From IMG/VR virus record IMGVR_UViG_3300032829_000004, positions 1 through 64,000 of that record: a DNA stretch of 64,000 nucleotides; one strand, given 5' to 3'. A program made the position numbers and the translations under genes. The stretch's first letter is position 1. Each line of letters starts with the position of its first letter. Below the pieces are notes generated by a model. That model did no database searches. It was not told the origin of the DNA and saw nothing but the letters and a program-made list of their open reading frames with translations. Shown here piece after piece: positions 38,142-47,757 of the stretch. The stretch is from a virus.

Positions 38142-38510
38142 ATGAGGCAGCACGATGCGGTCACCCATCCCCGGGACCTGATCGCCACGGAGAAGCGCGC
38201 GGTCGCCAGGTTCAACGACTGGGCGGCCACTCATCTCGCCGCGTTCTTCGGCCTGGTGTGGACGGTGTGGTTCTTCGCCGCCTGGCCGCTGGCGTCGCTG
38301 CTGCTGCCGAAGGGCCTCCAGTCGGTGGCGTTCTTCATCTCCTCCGGCTGGATCCAGCTATGGGCGCTGCCGCTGCTGAACTACGTCTCCAACCGGACCC
38401 AGGAGATGCAGGGCGCGCAGTCCGACGCGCAGCACCTCGCGCTGACTCACATCGCGAACACGGTTGACGACATCAAGGCCGCTCTCGCGGCAGGGAAGGA
38501 CCCGGCATGA
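38142..38510 (+). CDS. Two-TM membrane protein, possible holin
   Basis: Two hydrophobic helices, directly upstream of the lysin (ATGA overlap). Confidence 0.55.
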   Translation: MRQHDAVTHPRDLIATEKRAVARFNDWAATHLAAFFGLVWTVWFFAAWPLASLLLPKGLQSVAFFISSGWIQLWALPLLNYVSNRTQEMQGAQSDAQHLALTHIANTVDDIKAALAAGKDPA

Positions 38511-39424
38511 CGGCCAGCGCGCAGGGCGCGGACACTTCGGCCTACCAGCAGCCGCTCACCGCCGCCGTGCTGAAGGCAGCGGGCTTGTCGTTTGCGTTCG
38601 CGAAGGCCGCCAACGGGACGGCGGGGGAAGACCCGGATTTCGCCGTGTCCTGGCAGGCGATCGCCGAGGCAGGCCTGCACCGCGGTGCCTACCATGAGCT
38701 GACCGGGGAGGACCCGCTGCTCCAGGCGGGCACTTTCATGGCCGTCGTCGCCGGCCGGGGGCTGAAGGCGGGGGACATGCTCGCCGTCGTCGCCTCCGAC
38801 TATGCCGTGGCCGGGCGGCAGGCGAAGGCGTTCCTCGACGCGGTGAAGGCGGCGGCGGGACCGGAATGCCCGGTGCTGCTCTACTCGGACCTGTCGGCGC
38901 TCCCGTCACTGGCGGAATGCTCGGGGTACCCGCTGTGGCTCGCGTATTACGCGGACTCGGCTCCCGCCTCGGTGGCCCCGTGGGACCGGTGGACGTTCTG
39001 GCAGTACCAGGCGGGCGGCGGGGCTGACGGCGGGGACCGTGACGCGTTCAACGGCACCGTGGCGGAGCTCGACGCGTGGATCGCATCGTACGCGCACCCG
39101 GAACCTCCGGCGGACTGGACGTTCGGCCCGGTACGGGACCTGACCGTGGAGGGCGCGGGGCCGCACTCGGTGAAGCTCGCCTGGGAATCCCCGGCCGTGC
39201 CGATGCCCGCGGCGGTCGGCCACTACCAGATCGTCGTGCGGAAGGACGCGCAGGACGTCGGAAGCTACCCGAGGGTCACGCCCACGGGGGCAAGCCCCGA
39301 AACGTGGCAGGGCGGCAGCCTCCAGCCGGGCACCGCCTACGAGGCCCTGGTCCGCGCGGTCGCCCGGGACGGCGGCCACGCCTCCCCGTGGGCGGCGGCG
39401 GCCTTCACGACGGCAAGCGCCTAG
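38507..39424 (+). CDS. Endolysin: GH25-like muramidase plus FN3 domain
   Basis: GADTSAYQ, AFAKA, RGAYH, PLWLAYY, WTFWQY, DRDAF; FN3 VKLAW...LQPGTAYEALVRAV. Confidence 0.85.
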   Translation: MTASAQGADTSAYQQPLTAAVLKAAGLSFAFAKAANGTAGEDPDFAVSWQAIAEAGLHRGAYHELTGEDPLLQAGTFMAVVAGRGLKAGDMLAVVASDYAVAGRQAKAFLDAVKAAAGPECPVLLYSDLSALPSLAECSGYPLWLAYYADSAPASVAPWDRWTFWQYQAGGGADGGDRDAFNGTVAELDAWIASYAHPEPPADWTFGPVRDLTVEGAGPHSVKLAWESPAVPMPAAVGHYQIVVRKDAQDVGSYPRVTPTGASPETWQGGSLQPGTAYEALVRAVARDGGHASPWAAAAFTTASA

Positions 39425-39503
39425 CAGTCCGGCCTGAGATGCCCGCCCGCGATCACCCTGCCGCACTCTGCGGCCGGGTGCACCAGGCCAGTTCAGGAGG
39501 CGT

Positions 39504-41348
39504 GTGACCTCTTACGAGATTTCCCAGCTGTCCCAGCTGTCCGCCCTCGCGGCGGGAGACCTGGCACCAGTCGTCGACGTGTCGGACACGTCGACTCCCC
39601 CGGCAGGGCCGGGCGGCAGCGACAAGTCGGTTCCGGCGGCCCAGCTGGGAGACCAGCTTTCCTCGCTCGCGAAGGGCACCGCGTCGAACGCCGGCCTGAC
39701 GAGCTTGTGGGCGGCGATAGCGAACCGCAACAGTGCGCGCTGCGAAATCATCGTGCTCGGCGACTCGATCACGGAGGGGCAGGGCGCGTCCCTGTGGGCT
39801 AACCGGTGGGTGGTGCAGGCGCAGGCCGCGATCCGCGCCGCCTACCCGACGACGGCGAACGGGTCGGGCGGCGGGTACGGGTTCATCCCCATCCAGTCCG
39901 CCGGCTCGGACACGTTCACGTGGCCTGTCACCCAGACGGCCGGCGCGGTGACCGAGTTCGACCTGGGTCCGGTCCGCAACAGCACCGTCACCAGCGCGAC
40001 GGGCTCGACCTGGACGTACACGGCCACGCCTGGGACGACGTCGGTCAAGATCATGTACTACGACGTGGGCTATTCCGGCAGCTTCACGTACAAGGTCAAC
40101 TCGGGCAGCACCACGACGGTGTCCAACACGATGACCGGGAAAGAGCTGCTCACCTCCTCCATCCCGATGGTGGCCGGGGACGTCCTGACGATCGTGTTCA
40201 CCGCCGGAACCGGGATCGTGCTGGACGGGCTGCTGCACTTCGCCGGCGACGAGAACTCCGGGATCACGCTGCACGGCTGCGGCCACTTCGGCTGGTGCGC
40301 CGGGACGGAAATGAGCATCGGGTGGAACCAGCCGGAGACGTACAGCCTCAACTGGGCGCAGTGCTACGCCAACGGGTTCCCGACCACCCCGGCGGCGCTG
40401 ATGATCATGCTGGGCGTCAACGACGCCCGGATCACCTCCGTCGGCTCCGGCGGCGGCCGGACCGCCGCCCAGTTCGCCAGCGACCTGCAAGGACTCGTCT
40501 CCACGATCCGGGGAGCGGCGACGGCGCTGGCCACCCTGCCGCTCATCCTCGTCATCCCGTACCAGGCGAATGAGACGGTGCAGGACGCCGGCGGGTGGGC
40601 GGCGTACGCGGCGGCCATAAGGTCAGTCGCCGTCGCCGATGCCGTCGGGGCGATGGTGATCGACCTCAACTACCGGATGCCGACGGTCGCCAGCGACTAC
40701 GACGGCGGGATCTTGTACATCGACGACTACCACCCGACCGACCTGGGCCACCTGCTGCTCGGAAAGCTCGCCGCGGGCGCCGCAGAAGGACTGCCGCCGG
40801 AGGCGGTCACCACTCCGGCGCGGTGGTCGGCGGCCGAGCCGCTGGCGAGCGGGGAGAGCATCCTTCCCCGGTTCGCGCTGAACGGGAGCCTGGCCTATCC
40901 GGCGGGGACGCTCGCACTCGCCTCCTGGGTAGCGGCGACGTCCGGCACGGCCACCGCGGTGCGGGTGGCGACGACCGGCACCGCGGGCTCCGGCCTCACC
41001 TACGCGGCCGTGGGCGTCTACGAGCTTGACAGCAGCGGGAACGGGCAGCTGCTCGCGTCCACGGGCGACGTGCACGCCACCGCGTTCACCAGCGCCTACA
41101 CCGTCTACGACCTCACGCTGACGAGCAGTTTCGCCCGGAACGCGGGGCAGCGGTATGCGCTGGGGATGCTGTTCACGGGCACCACCCCGCCATCCGTCGC
41201 GGCGGTCGGCTATCCGAACTACGGGTTCGGTTCCGTCGCCCCGTGGGCGTGGGGCGGGATCACCGGGCAGTCAGCGCTCCCCGCCACGTTCCTGGCCTCC
41301 TCTCTGGCGTACACCGACGGGCCGCCGGCGGCGACGGTGCACCCGTGA
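39504..41348 (+). CDS. SGNH/GDSL hydrolase-containing, probably virion-associated protein
   Basis: VLGDSITEG, IMLGVND, DDYHP; N-terminal ISQL...D..PVVD fiber-type motif. Confidence 0.78.
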   Translation: MTSYEISQLSQLSALAAGDLAPVVDVSDTSTPPAGPGGSDKSVPAAQLGDQLSSLAKGTASNAGLTSLWAAIANRNSARCEIIVLGDSITEGQGASLWANRWVVQAQAAIRAAYPTTANGSGGGYGFIPIQSAGSDTFTWPVTQTAGAVTEFDLGPVRNSTVTSATGSTWTYTATPGTTSVKIMYYDVGYSGSFTYKVNSGSTTTVSNTMTGKELLTSSIPMVAGDVLTIVFTAGTGIVLDGLLHFAGDENSGITLHGCGHFGWCAGTEMSIGWNQPETYSLNWAQCYANGFPTTPAALMIMLGVNDARITSVGSGGGRTAAQFASDLQGLVSTIRGAATALATLPLILVIPYQANETVQDAGGWAAYAAAIRSVAVADAVGAMVIDLNYRMPTVASDYDGGILYIDDYHPTDLGHLLLGKLAAGAAEGLPPEAVTTPARWSAAEPLASGESILPRFALNGSLAYPAGTLALASWVAATSGTATAVRVATTGTAGSGLTYAAVGVYELDSSGNGQLLASTGDVHATAFTSAYTVYDLTLTSSFARNAGQRYALGMLFTGTTPPSVAAVGYPNYGFGSVAPWAWGGITGQSALPATFLASSLAYTDGPPAATVHP

Positions 41349-41466
41349 CAGCCCGTGCGGGAACTGTGCACCCCCGGCACGTCTAACTACTGCAAGTACG
41401 AATGCACACCTGCGGCACAGGGTGCCCCGAACGCCAAGCAGCCTAGCGCGGGACGGCCGGGATCGT

Positions 41467-41895
41467 TTACGCGGACGGCACCCACTCGGGCCGGTAGTCC
41501 GGGTGGTCGGACCAGGCGGCGGCGAGGTCGCGCACGTCCAGTTCGTGCGAGTCCGCGCGCAGCGGCCAGCCAGGGTCGGCGGGACCGTACCCGGCACCTT
41601 CGTTTACCGCGCCGACAGTCACCTGATTGCGGGCGAATTCCCAGCGGGCCAGGATGCGCCGCTTGGCCGTGACCTCGCGCAGTACCCGCGCCGGGTCGTG
41701 GCGGGCGATGTGCTCCGCCTCGTTCAGGGTGGGGGTTCCCTCGTCGTAGACCAGGGGCTGGCCGGTGGCATAGGTGACGATCCATGAATCATGCTCGTCT
41801 TCGGCGGCCTTCCACGGCGACGGCGACTCGCATGCCTTCGCGGTCGCCTCGTCCTCGGCAAGCCGGGCTTCTACGAACGCGGCCAGTTCTTCCAT
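41467..41895 (-). CDS. DUF6221-like protein
   Basis: LAAFVEARLAEDE, HIARHDPARVLREV.AKRRIL, WSDHPDYRPEW. Confidence 0.75.
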   Translation of the reverse strand: MEELAAFVEARLAEDEATAKACESPSPWKAAEDEHDSWIVTYATGQPLVYDEGTPTLNEAEHIARHDPARVLREVTAKRRILARWEFARNQVTVGAVNEGAGYGPADPGWPLRADSHELDVRDLAAAWSDHPDYRPEWVPSA

Positions 41896-41964
41896 GCCCC
41901 TCATTCTCCAGTCCAATGCCAGCGGTCCGGGGCTTTCCCACTGCCACGCTCGAAGGGAACCGTC

Positions 41965-43014
41965 TTGACTGACCTCGCACGCACGCCCGGCAAACGGGGC
42001 AGGCTTCCCGCGAAGCGCCTCGCGATGGGCTACCTGCACGAGTACGCGAAGACCCCTCTTCCCGTCCCCGCCTACCCGGTCGACGTCCGCGCGGGCATCC
42101 CTGACGATGCGTGGCTCATGCTGGGGAACGGCCCCGACCCGTCGTGCACGACGCACCCGGACGGCGTCGGCGACTGCGGGTTCGCGGGCCGCCAGCACTA
42201 CCGGATGGCGAAAGCCGCCCACTACGGCGAGACCGAGACGTGGGAGACCAGCGACCAGCTTGTCGCCGAGTACCTCGCCTACGACGGCGGCCAGGACCAG
42301 GGTGTCGTCCTCGCCGACGTGCTGCTCGCCTGGTACAAGGCGGGAAAGATCAAGGCCTTCGCCCCCGTCGACCACGCCGACCCGGCCGCCGTCGACTCTG
42401 CGATGCAGGCGTTCAGGGGCGTGTACGCGGGCGTCGACCTGACCTGCGATGCGGACCAGCTGTTCAGCGACGGGCAGCCCTGGACGGTCGCGGACGGCGA
42501 GCAGCCCGACCCGGCCGAGGGCCACTGCATCGTCAAGGTCTACGCGGACGGCAGAGGCCTTGACGGCTGGGTCACCTGGGGCGCGTTCCAGGAGTCCACC
42601 CGCGACTGGACGAAAGCCTGCCTCACTGAGGCATTCGTGATCATCACCAGCGAGGACGAGGCGGCCAAAGTCGACATGACCGTGCTCCTCGCAGACATCG
42701 AAGCCCTCGGAGGCACCGGGGGCTCAGTACAGCCGAAGAAGGGAAACACCGTGTTCGAGGTAATCAAGGCCAAGCTCGAGGCCATCTGGCACACCATCGA
42801 CGGGGAGGCGAAGGCCGACCTCGAGAAGGCCCTCGCCGACGTCGAGGCGGAAGTCGCGAAGGCACAGCCGATCCTCGCCGAGTTCGAGACCGCGCTGAAG
42901 GCGGCCGTCGCCGCGGCCGAGCCGGAAGTCAAGGCGGAGATCGAGGCGCTCCTCGCCAAGCTCCTCGCCGACTTCGCCCCGCTGCTCGGAAAGGCACCTG
43001 CCTCCGGCATGTAG
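41965..43014 (+). CDS. Papain-like cysteine peptidase with acidic helical C-terminal extension
   Basis: VGDCGFAG, GHCIV, VTWG; RBS GAAGGGA. Confidence 0.65.
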   Translation: MTDLARTPGKRGRLPAKRLAMGYLHEYAKTPLPVPAYPVDVRAGIPDDAWLMLGNGPDPSCTTHPDGVGDCGFAGRQHYRMAKAAHYGETETWETSDQLVAEYLAYDGGQDQGVVLADVLLAWYKAGKIKAFAPVDHADPAAVDSAMQAFRGVYAGVDLTCDADQLFSDGQPWTVADGEQPDPAEGHCIVKVYADGRGLDGWVTWGAFQESTRDWTKACLTEAFVIITSEDEAAKVDMTVLLADIEALGGTGGSVQPKKGNTVFEVIKAKLEAIWHTIDGEAKADLEKALADVEAEVAKAQPILAEFETALKAAVAAAEPEVKAEIEALLAKLLADFAPLLGKAPASGM

Positions 43015-43049
43015 GCTCTCTCCGGGATCGCAAGTCCACGGAACCAGGG

Positions 43050-43088
43050 GCGCCCCCGTTCGGCCTTCGGGCGAGCGGGGGCGCTTTT
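43050..43088 (+). terminator. Rho-independent terminator
   Basis: GCGCCCCCG/CGGGGGCGC stem followed by TTTT. Confidence 0.75.
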
Positions 43089-43139
43089 CGCGTTGTCCCG
43101 CTGTGCTCGCGACCGCTGGAACGCACGCGAGACGATGAA

Positions 43140-43184
43140 GCCCCCGCACTGGCCTCAAGGTCAGTGCGGGGGCGTTTCGCTTTT
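43140..43184. terminator. Second hairpin at convergence of the two gene arms
   Basis: GCCCCCGCACTG/CAGTGCGGGGGC stem followed by GTTTCGCTTTT. Confidence 0.7.
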
Positions 43185-43210
43185 GCGGGCTAGAGTCCCG
43201 GCGCTGAAGC

Positions 43211-43477
43211 TCAGCCTTCGGTTGCGGCCGACAGCACCCGGAGCCACTTCTGCTGTTCCCACCTGCAGATCAGGGACACCAGGGGCGTGCTGCCAGGAAT
43301 CGGAAGCCCCGCCAGCCGGTACACCGACCTTTCCAGGTCATCCACGATCAAGGGCGGCAGGTTGTCCTGGTCCGCCAACTCGAGCGCGCGGATGAGGATT
43401 CCGCCGACCGCGTCCGCCGTTGCCCGCGCGTTCTGCAGGTTGCCGAGAACATCCTGTTTGAATGCACTGCTGGCCAT
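43211..43477 (-). CDS. Hypothetical protein
   Basis: RBS GGAGGT, ATG 43477. Confidence 0.6.
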   Translation of the reverse strand: MASSAFKQDVLGNLQNARATADAVGGILIRALELADQDNLPPLIVDDLERSVYRLAGLPIPGSTPLVSLICRWEQQKWLRVLSAATEG

Positions 43478-43542
43478 GCGATTACCTCCGTTTTGATGAC
43501 GGCCCGGGGACTGCCGGGCCAGGGAATCAGAGGGGTTGCGGC

Positions 43543-43842
43543 TCATAACAGCGGCACTCCCTGGTCTGCCGAGACGATCCGGTTGCAGTCGTCGCAGACG
43601 ACAAACTGATCCTCCGGGCCTCCGTCACCGAACCGCCGCCGGTACTCCGCTTGCGCCTCGTCTTCCGGCACCGTCTTCTCCAGCTCGCGGCGGCACACGA
43701 AGCACCGGTACCAGCCCGGCGCGAGCGGCAGGTCCGGAATCCGCCCGGCGTCCATCGCGGCGAAAAGCAGGCCCGTGCGCCTTTTCAGGTAGGCCTCGCT
43801 GACCTTGCACGGGTCGACGGGGGCGAAGATGTCCGGGAACAT
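43543..43842 (-). CDS. Hypothetical Zn-binding protein
   Basis: CFVC...VCDDC. Confidence 0.55.
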   Translation of the reverse strand: MFPDIFAPVDPCKVSEAYLKRRTGLLFAAMDAGRIPDLPLAPGWYRCFVCRRELEKTVPEDEAQAEYRRRFGDGGPEDQFVVCDDCNRIVSADQGVPLL

Positions 43843-44183
43843 CACGCCCCCTGCGGTGCGGGCCGTAGCACCGGACCAGGCTTGGGCATGTTCCGGGCGA
43901 GCGCGGCGAGCCGTGCCCTCGCCTTGTGGCCGAGCTGCCTCAGTGACCGTTTCCGCCGGCCGCCCCTGCGGTTCAGCCAGATCCACAGCCACGCCGCCGC
44001 GACCGCCGCGTCAGCGGGTGCCAGCACCCAGTGGCCTGTTACGGCTTCCAGGGCCGACTTCAGGCCGGCCGTGACCGCGACCGCCAGCGCCCATCCCCGC
44101 CGGGACGGCATGGCAGACGCCGCGATCACGCACCCGGTCTCCAGGATGGCCGCGCACACGGTGACCGCAGTCATGCCCGTCAC
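43842..44183 (-). CDS. Membrane protein
   Basis: Hydrophobic helices, basic tail, coupled overlaps. Confidence 0.5.
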   Translation of the reverse strand: MTGMTAVTVCAAILETGCVIAASAMPSRRGWALAVAVTAGLKSALEAVTGHWVLAPADAAVAAAWLWIWLNRRGGRRKRSLRQLGHKARARLAALARNMPKPGPVLRPAPQGA

Positions 44184-44394
44184 CGCCGGGCCGCCTTCGC
44201 GTCAGGGCAGTCCGCGAGCATGCTCTGCTGGCTCCCCGGAATGTGGCCGGGGCAGCGGACGTCAGGATGGAAGCGCAGGAGCCGCCTGCGCCTGCGCCGG
44301 ACGCGTACCGCCTGGTAGATCAAGGCGCCTGCCGCTCCGGAGGCGCCTCCCGCGAGGAAATGGCCGGCCGCGCCGAGAAGGTCATGTGTCATGC

Positions 44395-45405
44395 TCATGA
44401 ACGCCCCGCCTTCAGCGTGTACCCTTCGACCGCGTTCCCGGTGCCGCCCCAGTCCATTTCCCAGCCGAGGTCGATCGCGTCGAGCCACTCGTCATCGCGG
44501 AGGAACCCGCGCCGGATCGAGTCTCCCCAGAAGTCGTTCAGCTTCAGGTTGTGGACGCTCACGGTCCCGCCGGTCACCCTTGGGGCCGTGTAGATGACCA
44601 GCCGCCACCCTTCCCCGGCCGGGCAGTGGTTCGTGGTTTCCCACTCCATGACATGCCACATCCGCCCGTCGACCCGGGTCGTGTAGTAGCCGTACGGCGA
44701 ACGGGGCTGCCAGTCGCCGGGGTGGGCGAGCCACACCATGATCTCGGTGTCCGCCTTGGACAGCACAGTTGAGCACCGCGACTGGAACGACGTCGAGCGC
44801 GGGGAGGCGGAAAACCACGTGTCGAACGCGAAATTCCCCTCGTAGCCGGGTGCCAGCCAGCCCTTCACGCTCGCGACCGGGTCCCAGTTGCCCGCCACCC
44901 TCGCCGGGTAGAGGAGGCACAGGCCCGCCTTCCGGTCCGCGTACGACGGGCACGAATCCCCGCCTACCCCGAACCCGGAGCCGACGTAAGGGAAGCTTCC
45001 GTTGCCAGGAGCCTGCGTCACGACAAGCTGCGCCTTGCGCGGGTCCGGGACCTCAACGCACGACCCTGCCGAATCGTGGGCGACGAGACGCGGGTCCGTC
45101 TCCAGCCACGTCCAGGCGTTAGTCCCGCAAAAGGGCTTCCCCCACGTGCGGACGTCCTGCGCCCCGGCCGGCCCAGGTGCCCCGTACAGTGCCAGTGCCG
45201 CCGCGGCGAGCAGCATCAGCATGGCGGCACCCCGGCGGGCCGCGCGGCGGGGAACCCGCCACGCCCTCGGGGCAGGAGGCGGCGGGGAACAGGAAAGGGA
45301 GCGTTCCGCCTGGAGCAGGGCGATCCGTTCCAGTTCCGCCAGGCCGGCCAGCTGGTCGCCCTCGCACGCGGCGGCGGGGAATCCCTGGGGGAGAGTGGCG
45401 GTCAC
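44395..45405 (-). CDS. Exported GH12-like glycoside hydrolase
   Basis: TM/signal segment; NFAFDTWF, TEIMVWL, IDLGWEMDWGG match GH12 catalytic motifs. Confidence 0.65.
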   Translation of the reverse strand: MTATLPQGFPAAACEGDQLAGLAELERIALLQAERSLSCSPPPPAPRAWRVPRRAARRGAAMLMLLAAAALALYGAPGPAGAQDVRTWGKPFCGTNAWTWLETDPRLVAHDSAGSCVEVPDPRKAQLVVTQAPGNGSFPYVGSGFGVGGDSCPSYADRKAGLCLLYPARVAGNWDPVASVKGWLAPGYEGNFAFDTWFSASPRSTSFQSRCSTVLSKADTEIMVWLAHPGDWQPRSPYGYYTTRVDGRMWHVMEWETTNHCPAGEGWRLVIYTAPRVTGGTVSVHNLKLNDFWGDSIRRGFLRDDEWLDAIDLGWEMDWGGTGNAVEGYTLKAGRS

Positions 45406-45497
45406 GCGGCGGCCCTTTCAAGCCGGGCCGGGCATGCCGGGTCCTTCATGCTCATCCTGATCCCATCCTTCTGTTTCAAGGACGCCGCAGGTCAGAG

Positions 45498-45549
45498 CCA
45501 GTCAAGTATAGAGTGGTTGCGGGTCCGCAATCATCCTAGACCGTAGTGG
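45498..45549. other. Candidate attP for the serine integrase
   Basis: 52-bp imperfect inverted repeat (17/25 arm matches) around central GT 45523-24, overlapping the integrase stop. Confidence 0.6.
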
Positions 45550-47146
45550 CTTTCCCTGCCTGCGGCATCGCGCCTTCCCACGGGTCCGGTTCCCATACCG
45601 GCAGCACCTCGATCCGGGCAGGCATGAGCTTCCACCAGCCCGCGCGGTCCCGTGACCGCTCGCCGGCCCGGTACACCGTGATCCGGCGCACCAGGCTCCG
45701 CAGGATCGCGTTCAGCTGCGCCGCCGGCAGCCGGTCCCAGTCGGCCGCCAGGGCGGGCAGCACCGGGATGAGGTCCGCGGACGGCTCCGCCGCCAGCGCC
45801 TCCCTGGCGGCTTCCAGGTCCGCCGCCGCCTGGTCCCGCTCCGCCCGCTTCACCGCCGCCGCCTGCTTCCACGTGTCGTCGCCGAGAACGTCCCCGCCGT
45901 CCCTGGCACGCTGAAGGGCAATGTTCACCAGCTGCCTGTCGTGCTCGGCCAGGGCCGCCTCGAGCCTGGCCACCGTGCCGGCCGAGTCGCGGCGCTCCGC
46001 CGACCTGGCAAGGTCCCTGGCCGCCGCGTCCACGTCCGCCGCCCACGCCTCCACGGCCTCCCGGGCGGCGTCCGCGATCCGGGTCACCGACAAGGACGGC
46101 TTTCCCTCGCAGTCGTCGTACTGCCTGCCCCGAGAGCAGGAGTACAGGGTGGCGCCGCCGCTGGCGTACCCGGACGGCGTCATCGCCGACCGGCAGTGCC
46201 CGCACCTCACCAGGCCCGTCACCGGGTAGCGGGCGGCCCGCGCGCGGGGCGGCAGCTTGGCCGTCTCGGCGCGCCGCCGCCGGTACGCCTGCCATTCCGC
46301 CGGGGTGATCACCGGGTCGTGCGCCCCCTTGACGTAGGCGCGGCGCGGGCAGCGTGCCCTGCTGCCGCACTTGCACGCCGGGTCGTGCAGCAGCAGGAGT
46401 CCGGCGCCGAACCCGGAGTCGAGCACGTCCCTGACGGACTGCGCCCGCCACCTGCCCCCGTAGGAGGTCTGCCAGCCCGCCGCGTTGAGCCGTCCCGCGA
46501 TCACCCTGAACCCCTCGCCGGCGATGCTGGCACGGTAGGCGTCCGCCAGGGCGGGGCCTTCCGCGGTGCCCGGAACGTACCTCTCGGTTTCTCCTTTGAC
46601 GCGGCGGGTGCGCTGCGGGTCGTCCTCGTCGCGGACGCGTCCTTCCCGCCGGTAGCCGAACCGGGGGCGGCCGAACGGGGGGAGTCCTTCCCGGACCCGC
46701 CAGCCGTAGGTTTCCGCCCAGATTTCCCCGGCCCGGTCGGATTCGTAGGCGGACACTTCCAGCAGGACGCCCCGCTGGAACTTGCCCGTCGCGGTCGTCG
46801 TGTCCACGTCCTCTGTCGCCGACACGAGCCGGCCGCCGGCTTCTTCCAGTTCGGCGAGGTAGACGTGGTTGCCGAGCCGCTGCCGGCCGAACCTGGAGAA
46901 CTTCCAGACGATGACCGCCTGCGCCTCGCCGGACTTGACCCTGCCGATGGCGGACAGGATCTTCCTCTTGAACGTGCGGCCCGACACGTCCAGGTCCTCG
47001 ACCCAGTCGATGACCGCGTACCCGCAGCGGGCCGCGCACGCCTCGATCGCTGCCCGCTGCGTCTGCGGGGAGATCATCTCCTCGCGTTTCATCGACACCC
47101 GGACGTACCCGATCGCGGGGACCGGGGGAGAGGCGTCAGGCGGCAT
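45536..47146 (-). CDS. int: Large serine recombinase (integrase)
   Basis: GYVRVS, DLDVSG, KFSRFGR, PRFGY, HDPVIT, GLVRCGHC zinc ribbon, coiled coil. Confidence 0.93.
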   Translation of the reverse strand: MPPDASPPVPAIGYVRVSMKREEMISPQTQRAAIEACAARCGYAVIDWVEDLDVSGRTFKRKILSAIGRVKSGEAQAVIVWKFSRFGRQRLGNHVYLAELEEAGGRLVSATEDVDTTTATGKFQRGVLLEVSAYESDRAGEIWAETYGWRVREGLPPFGRPRFGYRREGRVRDEDDPQRTRRVKGETERYVPGTAEGPALADAYRASIAGEGFRVIAGRLNAAGWQTSYGGRWRAQSVRDVLDSGFGAGLLLLHDPACKCGSRARCPRRAYVKGAHDPVITPAEWQAYRRRRAETAKLPPRARAARYPVTGLVRCGHCRSAMTPSGYASGGATLYSCSRGRQYDDCEGKPSLSVTRIADAAREAVEAWAADVDAAARDLARSAERRDSAGTVARLEAALAEHDRQLVNIALQRARDGGDVLGDDTWKQAAAVKRAERDQAAADLEAAREALAAEPSADLIPVLPALAADWDRLPAAQLNAILRSLVRRITVYRAGERSRDRAGWWKLMPARIEVLPVWEPDPWEGAMPQAGKATTV

Positions 47147-47552
47147 CGGCCGCGGCCTTCGCTTCGAGCTCGGCGACGCGCGCCGCGGTCCCCTCGGCGA
47201 TGATTTCCGACATCGGCACCCGCAGGTCGAACGCGACCTTGCGGAGCCGCTCGTACAGTCCGGCGTCGAACCGGAGTATTGTCGCCCGGAGTTTCCTGGG
47301 GCCGGCCGGATCGCCGTCCGCTGGAATCAGCCTGTTGTAAACAGGTCCTTCTGCATGTATGGCCACCGCCTCGGCAGCCAAGGCCGCCGACCTTTCCGGA
47401 TGCCACTCGACGACCTCGCGCTTCACGTCACCCCACCACGGCTTCTCGCGGGCGTGGGTGCTGAGCCTTGCTCTCGGCGAGACCGCCACGCCGACATACA
47501 GGAGGCGCTCGTCCGCGTCATAAAGGCGGTAGACCGCCGTGCGCCTACTCAC
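47136..47552 (-). CDS. GIY-YIG nuclease-like domain fused to ribbon-helix-helix
   Basis: AVYRLYD...LLYVG, R, EAVAI..E.PVYN; TILRFDAGLYERLRKVAFDLRVPMSEII. Confidence 0.75.
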   Translation of the reverse strand: MSRRTAVYRLYDADERLLYVGVAVSPRARLSTHAREKPWWGDVKREVVEWHPERSAALAAEAVAIHAEGPVYNRLIPADGDPAGPRKLRATILRFDAGLYERLRKVAFDLRVPMSEIIAEGTAARVAELEAKAAADAA

Positions 47553-47745
47553 TCGCCCGCCCTTCCTGCCCAAGCGGCGCAATTGCGGCCAAAGCTGCAC
47601 GGTGCCACTCAACAGGCACTATCACGGCGGTCGGAGTGTCGTACCGGAGGATCGTGACATGCGCGCCGCCGTGTTCGACTGCGTTGAGCAGTTCGCGGAA
47701 GTTGCGGCGCGCCTCGTCGCTGTGCATCCGGCGATCTTCATCCAT
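47545..47745 (-). CDS. Phd/YefM-family antitoxin
   Basis: SDEARRNFRELLNAVEHGGAHVTILRYDTPTAVIVP. Confidence 0.8.
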   Translation of the reverse strand: MDEDRRMHSDEARRNFRELLNAVEHGGAHVTILRYDTPTAVIVPVEWHRAALAAIAPLGQEGRASE

Positions 47746-47757
47746 CGGGTGAGTCTA

